64,000 bases of DNA, from IMG/VR virus record IMGVR_UViG_3300046812_000287, positions 7,870 through 71,869 of that record. One strand, given 5' to 3'. The position numbers and the translations under genes are program-made. Position 1 is the stretch's first letter. Every line of letters starts with the position of its first letter. The notes under the pieces were generated by a model, which was given only the letters and a program-made list of their open reading frames with translations, did no database searches and had not been told where the DNA came from. Below, one piece after another: positions 1-9,281 of the stretch. The stretch is from a virus.

Positions 1-283
1 TGTACGACTGACCAAGCCAAGCCCGAAAGTCTCCCAACCAGAGAGGTCGTCTCTCGGCTGAAGGGTTTACGCCCAAACCAGCCCGAGCGCAAAATGTTTT
101 CTTCCAAAAACCAAAAGCCAAAAAATGGCCAATTCCAGGAACCCCTTCCCCTTCTTTTATTTTTAGAAGTTGAGTCTAGGGTTGTGAGAAAGACCTGAAA
201 AATGGTTTTTGGTATTTGGCTATTCGATTGGTCTTTCTCTTGAGCGATCAATAATTTGAACGGCATCTCCTAACCTATTGGTT

Positions 284-2581
284 TCAGATTTCTAGGAAGG
301 CCCGGAGGTCCAAAGGGAGCCTCCCGGACTTGACAAAAGTGGAAATCAGGACCCCAGTTTGGTCCTTTTTGGGCACCAAAACCCTCGATCCGGACCCGGA
401 AAGCTTCCAAAATGGTACCGTCGAGGCCCTATTTTCGTTAATAGACCACCCTTTCGTCCTCGCTATCTTGCGAACGGTGAGCGGTTTTTCCAGCCGGTCG
501 CTCTGCCGGCCCTCGTAAATCTGGTCCTTGATCAGGGCTACGAGGTCCGTATCGAGGATGATTACATTGTCATCTATTTTGAGAGAGCGCGACCCGTTCG
601 CTCCCTTTCCTACCCACCGCTCCGCCTTCGGTTTCGCTATCTCCTCGTTTATTTTATCAAACAACCTCGCCACGAGCGCCATGCCGGGTGAGTATCCCTC
701 TTCGACAACTTCCGCTTTCGTAGTCGACCACGGAGCACTATCCCCGCGCAGGACTGGCACCTCCTTCTTCAGCCATTCTTCCGCCCACCACTTAATAATC
801 CCTAGCCCGCCCTGCTCGCTCAACCACGCATTAAACTTCATCCAGTATTCCGGAGGCGACTTCTCCTCAGTCACCTTCGGCACGAACCACCGTCGATCAT
901 CCCCCGACAGCTGAATAGCGCGCATCGAGTTAGAGCACGCAAAGATGTGCATCCAATTCTCGACATCATAATTCGCCATGTACTTCTTCGAGACCGTCAC
1001 AGTGCGATCAGTGATAATCGACTTCAGCTTATTGTAGGCCTTTGAGGAGTGGCCCGCGTAAATCTCGTGCACGACTGCAAGCCTCTTGTGGGCTAGCCAG
1101 TAGTTGAAATTTGATTCCACGATCTCATTTTCAGTCGGCGTGGACACATTATCCTCCCCCACAAGCGGCGCCAGGATTTTTTCACCCAGCGTGCCCTTCC
1201 CTATTCCCTGCGTCTCGGAGATCAACAGCACTCCATATAACATCTTAATGTCCGGGCGCGCGATAAGCGTCGCGCACCACCTCATTAGCTCCTTCCGGTC
1301 GCCTTCCCCCGGCACCAGCAGCTCCATGAACTCCAGCCAAGGCCCCGCGTCCCCTTTCTCCGCTTTAATCTCCGAGGGCACGTGCGTATTTATAAAGCGT
1401 CCGTCGTGCCCATAGATGCCGGATGTTTTACCTGGATCATATTTCAATGTGGCGCTCTTCGAGGCCGCGTCCTTCTTAAGCAGCCGCCCGGTATCGTCCA
1501 CATCCGAGAACGGCGCGGCCTTATTATTGAACTCCGGCAGCGTCCATATCTTGTTGGGCCATTCCTTATGGATGAAAACTTCCGGCTTCACGGCGTGCAC
1601 CCACTCCTCCTTAAAAGCCTCCTTCAATATTGCCACCGGCCGCCCCTTCCCGCCCTCCGGAGGAATTAGTGTGGTCGCGTAGGTCGCGAATTGAAACAAG
1701 GACCTGAGCGTCGGCCCCACGAACCTCCCCTTGATAAACATATGATCCGGCAACGGGTCCGCCATGTCCCAAGACATCTTAAAGTGCTTGCCGAACATTA
1801 TGCCTTTCATCGAAGCCCCGTAGTTCTTCGCGACTTTCTGGAGCGCTGATTCTCCCGGGGGATCGTTGTCGCATACGTAGATCACCTCGACCGGGCGCTC
1901 CGCTTTCAATTCGGCATAGTCCGTCCGGTGCGGCGCGAGCGCCCCGCCGATCATCCCCCAGTGTTCATACAGCCCCAGCACTTCGCCCCACGGGTGCGCC
2001 TTAAGTCGCGCTGCGTCTTGGGTAAGATCATGAACAAATTTAGCTGCCTTACACCCTTCATGAATCATAATGCGCGGCTTCATCTTCCTTTCTGGTTTCC
2101 AGAATGGCAGCGCTCCATCCGGCTCCAGGTCGCGCCACTCCCCATCGTCCCAGAACGAATGCGAGACAAAGTATTTCGCCCCGCCATCAGTGGGCGTGCG
2201 CCGCTCCTGCACCATCTTTATCAGCCCACTCGGCCGCTCTAATAGAGCGAAGAACCTCCCGTGGTCGCCCTTTTGCCGGCTAAGCCAGTCTCTATAGCTC
2301 GCCGCCGTCGCGCCGACCGAGCGCGGGAACTTCACCCCTTTGAACCCGGCCTTTATGTCTTCCTCTTCCTCCTTCGTGGGGGCGTGGTCCTTCCGGGAAC
2401 AATCTATGGACCCGTCCGCCGCGATCTTGATCAGCGTGCGCTCTATATAATAGGCGTCGCCCTTAGAGCGCTCCTTAACCATGGCCCGCCTAAACGACAA
2501 CAACTCCGCTCCGACCCGGTTCAAGTAAGCCATCAGCGCCGGCACCCCGGCCACGGCCGCCACTTCCTTCTTTTTAGCCAT
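284..2581 (-). CDS. Primase-helicase: TOPRIM primase domain + SF3/D5-like helicase (DUF5906-type)
   Basis: TOPRIM-like motifs IHEGCKAA and VCDNDPPG...WDMAD; Walker A ETQGIGKGTL, Walker B AVVHEI, motif C ACSNS, and DDRRW arginine finger. Confidence 0.85.
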   Translation of the reverse strand: MAKKKEVAAVAGVPALMAYLNRVGAELLSFRRAMVKERSKGDAYYIERTLIKIAADGSIDCSRKDHAPTKEEEEDIKAGFKGVKFPRSVGATAASYRDWLSRQKGDHGRFFALLERPSGLIKMVQERRTPTDGGAKYFVSHSFWDDGEWRDLEPDGALPFWKPERKMKPRIMIHEGCKAAKFVHDLTQDAARLKAHPWGEVLGLYEHWGMIGGALAPHRTDYAELKAERPVEVIYVCDNDPPGESALQKVAKNYGASMKGIMFGKHFKMSWDMADPLPDHMFIKGRFVGPTLRSLFQFATYATTLIPPEGGKGRPVAILKEAFKEEWVHAVKPEVFIHKEWPNKIWTLPEFNNKAAPFSDVDDTGRLLKKDAASKSATLKYDPGKTSGIYGHDGRFINTHVPSEIKAEKGDAGPWLEFMELLVPGEGDRKELMRWCATLIARPDIKMLYGVLLISETQGIGKGTLGEKILAPLVGEDNVSTPTENEIVESNFNYWLAHKRLAVVHEIYAGHSSKAYNKLKSIITDRTVTVSKKYMANYDVENWMHIFACSNSMRAIQLSGDDRRWFVPKVTEEKSPPEYWMKFNAWLSEQGGLGIIKWWAEEWLKKEVPVLRGDSAPWSTTKAEVVEEGYSPGMALVARLFDKINEEIAKPKAERWVGKGANGSRSLKIDDNVIILDTDLVALIKDQIYEGRQSDRLEKPLTVRKIARTKGWSINENRASTVPFWKLSGSGSRVLVPKKDQTGVLISTFVKSGRLPLDLRAFLEI

Positions 2582-2589
2582 AGTCTTCT

Positions 2590-2726
2590 CCTGTTATTAC
2601 GCCAGGCTGCTCTTATCGCTCTTTTCTCCCCTAACCAAAATCTTTATTTTCCTGTTTAAAGAAAACACTTTCCAAAACAGTTTTTATAGGGCAGGCTCCG
2701 TTTCGGAAGAGGAAAGGACGGCTAAT
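2590..2726. promoter_or_regulatory. AT-rich divergent promoter region between primase-helicase and the rightward replication operon
   Basis: Non-coding, markedly AT-rich stretch between divergent starts at 2581 (-) and 2727 (+); exact promoter boxes not resolved. Confidence 0.5.
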
Positions 2727-3272
2727 ATGACTGACAAGATCGAAGCCCTTCGCCAGAAGGCGGCGCATGCTCGCGACCTGGAGCTGGTCATCTCTGATCT
2801 AGAAGGGCAGCTGAAAGAGCGAAAGCAAGAGTTGCTTTCACTCTACCACACGACCCTCCCGGAGCTGATGGACGAGGCGGGCACCGATCGTATCGGTCTG
2901 CCGCCCCAGGGGAACTCCCCAGGGATGGACTTCGTGATGAAGCCCTACTTCTCCGCGTCCATCGCGGCCTCCTGGCCCCCGGAGAAGCGCGACGCCGCCT
3001 TCGCCCTCCTGAAGAGGCTTAAGGCGGAGGACCTGATCAAGACGGAAGTTAGCACAAAACTTCCCAAGGGCTCCTTGTCCCTCGCCAAGAAGATAGTCAC
3101 CGCCATCAAGAAGCTCGGCCCTAAGGCCGACCTGAAGCAGTCCGTCCACTCCGGCACCCTGGGCGCCTGGCTCCGCGAAATCTACGACGGCGGGCAGGCG
3201 CTCACGTCCGAGCAGCTCGCGACCCTCGGCGCCTCGGTCGGCCGCGTCGTCCGCCCCGAGGAGCGCAAGTAA
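2727..3272 (+). CDS. Conserved phage replication-module protein (coiled-coil N-terminus, VHxxTL motif)
   Basis: RBS GAAAGGA; LPELMDEAG and SVHSGTLGAW pattern typical of the gene preceding SSB-like genes in siphophages. Confidence 0.6.
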   Translation: MTDKIEALRQKAAHARDLELVISDLEGQLKERKQELLSLYHTTLPELMDEAGTDRIGLPPQGNSPGMDFVMKPYFSASIAASWPPEKRDAAFALLKRLKAEDLIKTEVSTKLPKGSLSLAKKIVTAIKKLGPKADLKQSVHSGTLGAWLREIYDGGQALTSEQLATLGASVGRVVRPEERK

Positions 3273-3348
3273 TGAACTTAACTTCACGCGACTACTTCGC
3301 CGCTCGGGCGCTCGTCGTGAACTTTGAGACACTCTTAACCACAGAAGG

Positions 3349-4221
3349 ATGACGACCATGGCAACTGCCCTGAAGAAGAAGCCCAAGCAGGAGGTTGCGC
3401 GCCGCGCGGCCTCTACCCTGGCAACCCAAGAGGGGTTACCAGCCCACCTGCGCTCCTACGAGTCGACCGGCGCGGGCGTCCCGTCCGACGCGAAGGACTT
3501 CCTGCTGCCGATGGCGAAGGTCCTGGACGCCAAGTCCCCGGAGTGCGAGAAGCGCGGACCGAACTATGTACCCGGCGCCGAGGCCGGCGACATCTTGCTG
3601 AAGAACGCCCCGAACCCCTTGATCAAGGGCGACCAGGGCTTCCTGTTTCAACCCTGCTACCGCGAGGCCGCGGTGATCGAGTGGCTCCCGCGCACCAAGG
3701 GCGGCGGCGGCGGAGGCGGGTTCGTCGCGCGCCACCCGGAGGACTATCTAGAGACCTCCAACGACAAGGTCCAGCGCCCGCACCCGGAGAACCCGGCCAA
3801 GATGGTGTGGTACCGGAAGTCGACCGGAAATTTGTTGGTTGAAACTCGATATGTCGGCGGGTACATGGTCGGTGAGGACGGCGACGAGCCTCTTCCGCTC
3901 GTTCTTCCCTTCTCCTCCACCGGCCACACCGTCGCGAAGCAGTGGAACATGCTCATCGCCTCGAAGCGCGTCAACGGTGCCAAGGCCGACATATGGCTGG
4001 TCTACTACCGGGTCGCCACGCGCCTCAAGGCTCGACAGGACCAGTCGTGGTACCTGTTCGACGTCGCCGACGCCGGCCCGGAGAGGAACGGCCTGCCGAC
4101 CACGATGTGGGTCCCCACGGCGGAGGACGCCGAGCGCGGACGCAACCTCCACGAGAGCCTCGCCTCCGGCGCCCGCCAGTTCGCCCAGGATGAGGGTCCC
4201 GCCGACAACGAAAAGATGTAG
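3349..4221 (+). CDS. Putative single-stranded DNA-binding/annealing protein
   Basis: LPxxKVLxxxSPE...GAEAGD...YxxxxIEWxPR...GGFV pattern, acidic C-terminal tail, position in the replication operon; start may be 3358. Confidence 0.55.
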   Translation: MTTMATALKKKPKQEVARRAASTLATQEGLPAHLRSYESTGAGVPSDAKDFLLPMAKVLDAKSPECEKRGPNYVPGAEAGDILLKNAPNPLIKGDQGFLFQPCYREAAVIEWLPRTKGGGGGGGFVARHPEDYLETSNDKVQRPHPENPAKMVWYRKSTGNLLVETRYVGGYMVGEDGDEPLPLVLPFSSTGHTVAKQWNMLIASKRVNGAKADIWLVYYRVATRLKARQDQSWYLFDVADAGPERNGLPTTMWVPTAEDAERGRNLHESLASGARQFAQDEGPADNEKM

Positions 4222-4333
4222 GGGTGTTACGGTCGGTCGGCGTCGAGGTCGGCTCTCAGAAAGGTGACCTGCGGCCCTACATCTGGACATGTCCCGTTCA
4301 AGGTCACCAGTCGACGCACAAAAGGAGGCTAAC

Positions 4334-4579
4334 ATGACGAGGAACGAAGCCATAAAGATCAGCCAGGAAGTCGAAGAAAGCCATCCAAAAGACTGTAGCG
4401 CAACAGCTCTGGTCGAGACGCTCATCAAGCTTGGGCTGCTTAAGGTCGATGACAAACTGATGGCGGAGAAGAAAACCGTCATCAGGACGGCAGACAAGAG
4501 CCAATATGCCGTAGTTAAGACTGATGAAATCGTCAACGCGCTGATATATGCAGGCTACGTCGTCTTGCCGCCAAAGTGA
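4334..4579 (+). CDS. Hypothetical protein
   Basis: Strong RBS AAAGGAGG at 4321 followed by ATG at 4334 (track start 4289 is probably too long). Confidence 0.6.
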   Translation: MTRNEAIKISQEVEESHPKDCSATALVETLIKLGLLKVDDKLMAEKKTVIRTADKSQYAVVKTDEIVNALIYAGYVVLPPK

Positions 4580-4704
4580 TAACAGTGGTCCCCTCCGGGC
4601 GGGCAGGTCAGCTGCCCTTCCTCTTCCACTCGATGCGCGCCTCGTCACCGCGCGCCCGGAGGGCTAAGTGAGGCTGACAGCCTGAGCCACTAAAGGAGGC
4701 TAAT

Positions 4705-4881
4705 ATGAAGAAGAAAGAGCTATTCAATTTGACTGCTGAGGTCCGCGCCGAGACCGACAAGGCGCTGCTCCTCCACGACGGCACCCGCCAGGCCTGGGTC
4801 CCCAAGTCCCAGGTCGAGGACAACGGCGACGGCACCTTCACCATGCCGGCCTGGCTGGCGAAGGCCAAGGAGTTCGTGTGA
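4705..4881 (+). CDS. Small conserved phage protein (ETDKA...WVPKSQ...MPAWLA), 58 aa, not in ORF track
   Basis: RBS AAAGGAGG at 4692; translation MKKKELFNLTAEVRAETDKALLLHDGTRQAWVPKSQVEDNGDGTFTMPAWLAKAKEFV. Confidence 0.75.
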   Translation: MKKKELFNLTAEVRAETDKALLLHDGTRQAWVPKSQVEDNGDGTFTMPAWLAKAKEFV

Positions 4882-5093
4882 TGATCGACGACCTCAACGA
4901 GCGCGGCCTGCGCGAGATGCTGGCCGCCGTGGTCGAGTGCAAGGTCCCGCTGCGCGTCCGCCGCGACGCGCTGGAGGCGGAGGCCGACCTCGCCGCGAGC
5001 GCGGCCAACTCGCTCGCGAAGGTCTCGGGACTTTTGTCCGTCATGGAGGACGACTTGCGCGCCCGCCTTCTAAAATTGGAGGAAGAAAAATGA
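4878..5093 (+). CDS. Hypothetical protein
   Basis: Overlapping stop/start coupling to both neighbours. Confidence 0.55.
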   Translation: MMIDDLNERGLREMLAAVVECKVPLRVRRDALEAEADLAASAANSLAKVSGLLSVMEDDLRARLLKLEEEK

Positions 5094-5992
5094 CCACGAT
5101 CATCGGAGCCGGCCTCGCGGGCCTCCTCGCCGGCAACATGCTGCGCCATCGTTCACCACTCATCGTTGAACGGCAGAGCGCTCTTCCTAACAATCATTCA
5201 GCGGTGCTGCGCTTCCGCTCGCCCATAGTCGGAGACACGCTCAATATTCCGTTCCGTAAGGTGACAATGATCAAGACGCATCTGCCTTGGAAGAACCCGG
5301 TGGCGGACGCGCTCGCCTATTCCTTTAAGAACGGGAGCCAGTATCGTTCCGACCGCTCTATTATTTCCGGCACCACGACCGCCGACCGTTGGATCGCGCC
5401 GCCCGACCTGATCTCTAGGATGGCGGAGCGCCTAGATATTAAGTATGGCACCCCATTCCTATTCAATAACAAGAGCAGTCATCCTATCATCTCCACGCTT
5501 CCAATGCCGACGTTGATGACGCTGTTGAAGTATCCGAAACAGCCAGAGTTCAACTATGTCACCGGCGTGAACGTCAAGGCGACCATTGCGGATTGTGATG
5601 CTTATATTTCCTTACTGGTGCCGAACCCCGACTTGCCAATCTCGCGCATCTCGATCACGGGCAATGAATTGATAGTCGAATTGCCAGGCAAGATTACCTT
5701 TGCGGGCTTAGCTGTTAGCATGGCCGCTGACCTTATTGGCATTCCTCCTAAATCATGTAGCGACATCAGGACCTATCCCCAACACTACGCTAAGATTATG
5801 CCCATTAGCGACGAGGAGCGGCACGCCTTCATGTTTTGGGCCACGGACAAATTCAACATCTTCTCGCTGGGGCGTTTCGCGACGTGGCGTCCTGGTCTAC
5901 TGATGGACGACTTGGTCAATGATCTCCGGCGCATCGACCATTGGATCACGGCCGGTAGCTACGCTATAGCTCGACACAGGAGTGGAAAATGA
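5090..5992 (+). CDS. FAD-dependent oxidoreductase, UDP-galactopyranose mutase-like
   Basis: N-terminal IIGAGLAGL dinucleotide-binding motif; ISTLPM; C-terminal SLGRFATWR...MDD resembling the UGM GRxxxYxYxxMD motif; RBS GGAGG and ATG at 5090. Confidence 0.65.
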   Translation: MTTIIGAGLAGLLAGNMLRHRSPLIVERQSALPNNHSAVLRFRSPIVGDTLNIPFRKVTMIKTHLPWKNPVADALAYSFKNGSQYRSDRSIISGTTTADRWIAPPDLISRMAERLDIKYGTPFLFNNKSSHPIISTLPMPTLMTLLKYPKQPEFNYVTGVNVKATIADCDAYISLLVPNPDLPISRISITGNELIVELPGKITFAGLAVSMAADLIGIPPKSCSDIRTYPQHYAKIMPISDEERHAFMFWATDKFNIFSLGRFATWRPGLLMDDLVNDLRRIDHWITAGSYAIARHRSGK

Positions 5993-6738
5993 AAGTGACT
6001 TTGATAGACTACACTGGCGCCGGCAACCCCGATCCCTTGTACGCCGCGCGCCTCCTTGTTTACACGAAGAACACTCGCCTTACCCAGGGCGAAGACACCC
6101 GGAAGAAAGTGCAGGAGATGAACATAGACCAACTCCAAAAGGAGTTGTCCTACGTCGCGAACACCATTCGCTCCTCCTGGGAGTTCGTTGACTTCACCTT
6201 TGAGATCACCGGAGTCACCCGCGCCTTCACCCACCAGCTAGTCCGCACCCGCACCGCCTCTTACGCTCAGCAGGCTCAGCGGGTCGTGGATATGAGTGAT
6301 TTTGAAGCGCTTCTCCCTGTGACCGTTGTCAACAAAGACAAGGTCGATGCATGGGAGGCATGTATGCGCGTCATCCGTGACGTTTATCAGAACCTCACCG
6401 ATGCCGGCGTTCCCGCCCAGGACGCGCGCGGCGTACTTCCCACCAATGTCCTTACGAACATCATCGTGAAAATGAACCTGCGCACCCTGGCTGATCTACT
6501 GGGGAAGCGCAAGAGCTTACGGGCTCAGGGCGAGTATGCCGACGTCGCCCGTGAGTGGGAGCGGCAGGCCGTCGCCGTCTTCCCCTGGACCCAGCCGTTC
6601 CTCGACCCGGAGCGGACGCGGACGCCAGCCCTGGACGCCATCCTGAAGGAGGCCCTGGGCTCCGCCGCGCCTATCGACGCTCCGCGCGTTAACGCCGCGC
6701 TCAAGGAACTCGACACTTTGAAAGGAACCTGGGGATGA
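5989..6738 (+). CDS. thyX: ThyX (flavin-dependent thymidylate synthase) family protein with divergent active site
   Basis: FTFEITGVTRAFTHQLVRTRTASYAQQAQR, GVPAQDARGVLP, MNLRTL and RAQGE match the ThyX fold, but RHR is RTR and the motif Ser is Ala. Confidence 0.85.
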   Translation: MKVTLIDYTGAGNPDPLYAARLLVYTKNTRLTQGEDTRKKVQEMNIDQLQKELSYVANTIRSSWEFVDFTFEITGVTRAFTHQLVRTRTASYAQQAQRVVDMSDFEALLPVTVVNKDKVDAWEACMRVIRDVYQNLTDAGVPAQDARGVLPTNVLTNIIVKMNLRTLADLLGKRKSLRAQGEYADVAREWERQAVAVFPWTQPFLDPERTRTPALDAILKEALGSAAPIDAPRVNAALKELDTLKGTWG

Positions 6739-7175
6739 AAGCCCCGCGCGCCGTCCTGGTCGACATCGATCATACGCTTTCCGACGCCTTTTGGCGCGAT
6801 GAACTTATCGGCACATGGGATGCCTATCACGAAGCCAGCAGCGGAGACTTGCCGCTGTTGCCTGTGATAGGACTCATCAACTCGCTACACCTTTGTCGCT
6901 ACACCATCGTCGGCATTACCGCTCGACCGGAGAAGTGGCGCCAGCTAACGCTTAATTGGTTGGTGCGCTGGGGCGCCCACGTTCACGAATTATTGATGCG
7001 ACCGGATGATGCTTTCCATCCGTCGCCGGAGATAAAGCTGGAGTTGGCCCGGAAGCGCTTTCCTGACTTCAACGACATCGCTTTCCTGCTAGAGGACCGC
7101 GATGACGTTTGTGCGGCCTTCCGCGAGGCAGGCGTCACCGTTCTTCAAGTCTTCTCCAAGAGGAGTGGAATATGA
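6735..7175 (+). CDS. HAD-family phosphatase (T4 PseT/PNKP phosphatase-like)
   Basis: Motif I VDIDHTL, motif II ITARPE, LLMRP, motif IV LEDRDDV. Confidence 0.85.
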   Translation: MKAPRAVLVDIDHTLSDAFWRDELIGTWDAYHEASSGDLPLLPVIGLINSLHLCRYTIVGITARPEKWRQLTLNWLVRWGAHVHELLMRPDDAFHPSPEIKLELARKRFPDFNDIAFLLEDRDDVCAAFREAGVTVLQVFSKRSGI

Positions 7176-7852
7176 TCACGGTTATCACTGGCGGCTCCTC
7201 CGGTCTCGGTTTGGCAATAATGCCCCATCTGGAGCGGCTCCCTGACTCTACCGTTATCGATTGGTCGTTGGCGTCGGGTGTTGATGTTCGAAGCCCCTTA
7301 TCAGTTAGGCTGGCAGCACGTAAATTTTATAAAATAGATTGCTTGATTAACTGCGCGGGCGTTAACCATATCGAATTCATCCCGACCCTGAAGGAAGAAG
7401 ATTGGGACCGAGTCATGGACACGAATGCGAAAGGCATCTATCTGGCCTCCCAGGCGCTCCTCCCCTACCTCAAGGACGGAACCATCCTGAACATCGTCTC
7501 GAATGCCAGTCATATGCCGATGACTTCTTCGCTGGCCTACAATGCCTCTAAAGGCGCGGCGGAGATCATGACGCGTCAGATGTCACGTGAGCTGATCAAG
7601 ACCCACGGCATCACCGTCTTCGGCATCAGCCCGAATAAGCTTAAGGGCACCGGCATGTCTGACTACATTGATAAGAAGGTTTGCGAACTTCGCGGCTGGA
7701 CGCCAGAGGAGGCGCGGAATTATCAACTTGCCTCCTTGCCCGCCGGGGAGGAGACTAGCCCGGATACCTTAGCGGAGTTCGTCGCCTTCCTTCTCTCCAC
7801 TAAGGAGCGCCACCGGTATCTCGCCGGAACCATCATCCCTTACGGACTATAG
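7172..7852 (+). CDS. Short-chain dehydrogenase/reductase (classical SDR)
   Basis: TGGSSGLG, INCAG, catalytic YNASK; ATG at 7172 with RBS AGGAG. Confidence 0.9.
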   Translation: MITVITGGSSGLGLAIMPHLERLPDSTVIDWSLASGVDVRSPLSVRLAARKFYKIDCLINCAGVNHIEFIPTLKEEDWDRVMDTNAKGIYLASQALLPYLKDGTILNIVSNASHMPMTSSLAYNASKGAAEIMTRQMSRELIKTHGITVFGISPNKLKGTGMSDYIDKKVCELRGWTPEEARNYQLASLPAGEETSPDTLAEFVAFLLSTKERHRYLAGTIIPYGL

Positions 7853-7860
7853 GAGTGGAC

Positions 7861-8346
7861 ATGCCCGAGTTAGATCAAGTCGCTTTCTATTGCTCCAACC
7901 TAGAGCAATCTAACAAGCTGAAGGCCCAGTTCGGGCTCTTAAATGAGCCTTGGATAATCGATACTGTCACAGGCCAATCCGTCGTGGCAGGTAGCACTCA
8001 GAAAGTAGAGAATGTCGCGGAACTCCAGTTCAATTATTCTCTCGGAATTGAACTGGAAATCTTGCGCTACATCTCCGGACCTCACTGGCATGAGCGCGTT
8101 AATCCGCTCTTCAATTCAAATTATGCCTTCGCCAGCCATATAGGTCATCACCTGAAGCCAGATGAACTGTTCCCTGATATGTTAGGCGCCCCGCTAGTCC
8201 AGGAGACCTTTACCCAGTCCCACACTAGCAGTTTCCTGACGGACCCGGACTCCCCGGGCTACGGCCGGAAGTACCATTACCGCATACATGAGCTAAGTCC
8301 AGGGACTTATCTTAAGTTCATCAAGCGTATCGAGCCGGCGAAATGA
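7861..8346 (+). CDS. VOC/glyoxalase-superfamily protein (epimerase/isomerase-like)
   Basis: LDQVAF...IELEILRY...SHIGHH pattern of the paired beta-alpha-beta-beta-beta VOC fold. Confidence 0.55.
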   Translation: MPELDQVAFYCSNLEQSNKLKAQFGLLNEPWIIDTVTGQSVVAGSTQKVENVAELQFNYSLGIELEILRYISGPHWHERVNPLFNSNYAFASHIGHHLKPDELFPDMLGAPLVQETFTQSHTSSFLTDPDSPGYGRKYHYRIHELSPGTYLKFIKRIEPAK

Positions 8347-8702
8347 AAACAGCCGCCGAGTTCCTGCGCGACGGCGCCGCGACCTTCGAGGGCCGCAACA
8401 AGGTCTATGGCAACAACTTTCTTAAAATCGGCCACGTAATGGCCGGTTTATTCCCGGCCGGAGTAGAGCTAAAGTCGGTGCAGGACTGGAACCGGATGCA
8501 CATCCTGCTCCTCCAGATCGTAAAGCTGTCGCGTTATTGCAACAACTGGGAGACTGGTCATGCTGACTCGATCCACGACAACACTGTGTACAGCGCTATC
8601 CTTGAATCCATCGATGCCATGGGACCAGGACCCGACGCCGCTCCGCCACCAGCATCGCATCTACGGCGACAACAGAGAAAGCGTGTTCGCGCTCATCGAT
8701 GA
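8343..8702 (+). CDS. DUF6378-like protein (putative all-alpha nucleotide pyrophosphatase)
   Basis: RNKVYG...KLSR...HADSIHDxxVY pattern. Confidence 0.7.
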   Translation: MKTAAEFLRDGAATFEGRNKVYGNNFLKIGHVMAGLFPAGVELKSVQDWNRMHILLLQIVKLSRYCNNWETGHADSIHDNTVYSAILESIDAMGPGPDAAPPPASHLRRQQRKRVRAHR

Positions 8703-8982
8703 AGAGGATTATCACTGGGCCGTGCAATGGTCCTGGGGGCCGAAGCTATCGCGCGGCGGCAGCAAAATTTACCTTTACCGTCATTCACGCGGCGTGAGCT
8801 ACTATCTCCACAAGGAGATCATGAAGCGCAATGAGCCTGAACCGCCATCCCCGGAGCATACGATAGCCGACCACCGCAACGGACAATCGCTCGACTGCCG
8901 CCGCGCCAACCTGCGCTGGGCGACGCCCAGCCAGAACAGCCTCAACATCAACGGGCGCTATGCCTACAACTTTTTGGTGTAA
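8560..8982 (+). CDS. HNH endonuclease (HNH_3 type)
   Basis: ALIDEED...YLHKEIM...DHRNGQSLDCRRANLRWATPSQN; true start uncertain (overlaps upstream gene). Confidence 0.8.
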   Translation: MLTRSTTTLCTALSLNPSMPWDQDPTPLRHQHRIYGDNRESVFALIDEEDYHWAVQWSWGPKLSRGGSKIYLYRHSRGVSYYLHKEIMKRNEPEPPSPEHTIADHRNGQSLDCRRANLRWATPSQNSLNINGRYAYNFLV

Positions 8983-9163
8983 GATGCCTTACAACTACAA
9001 GCCTACCTATGAGCAACTTCTGGTTCATGCCGAGCACCACGACATAAAGCGGATGTTGATGGACATGTTCAAGAAAGACGGGGCCCACACGCTTCACGAC
9101 GCAGTCAAGCGCCAGCGGCCACATAGGCTCGCACGAAAAATAGCGGAGATGTTAGCCAAATGA
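8960..9163 (+). CDS. Hypothetical protein
   Basis: Fills the gap in the operon; start probably about 8984. Confidence 0.45.
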   Translation: MPTTFWCKMPYNYKPTYEQLLVHAEHHDIKRMLMDMFKKDGAHTLHDAVKRQRPHRLARKIAEMLAK

Positions 9164-9281
9164 CACTCCCTTTCGGCCTAAGCTGGCGAGCCTTCGCCCG
9201 GAGCTTCGTGGCGATGCACCCGTTCGCCGCCGGCTTCGTCTCCGGCGCAACATGCCTCCTGCTGCTCATAGGGATTCACCG

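Noticed and set aside
4214-4704. Structured intergenic segments as tRNA or known ribozymes (hammerhead, twister, pistol, HDV)
   Set aside because: No T-loop/anticodon cloverleaf or catalytic core consensus matched by eye; kept only as unknown structured RNA
8560-8982. HNH gene as part of a group I intron or intein
   Set aside because: Flanking genes are intact and no intron core is recognisable; it looks free-standing
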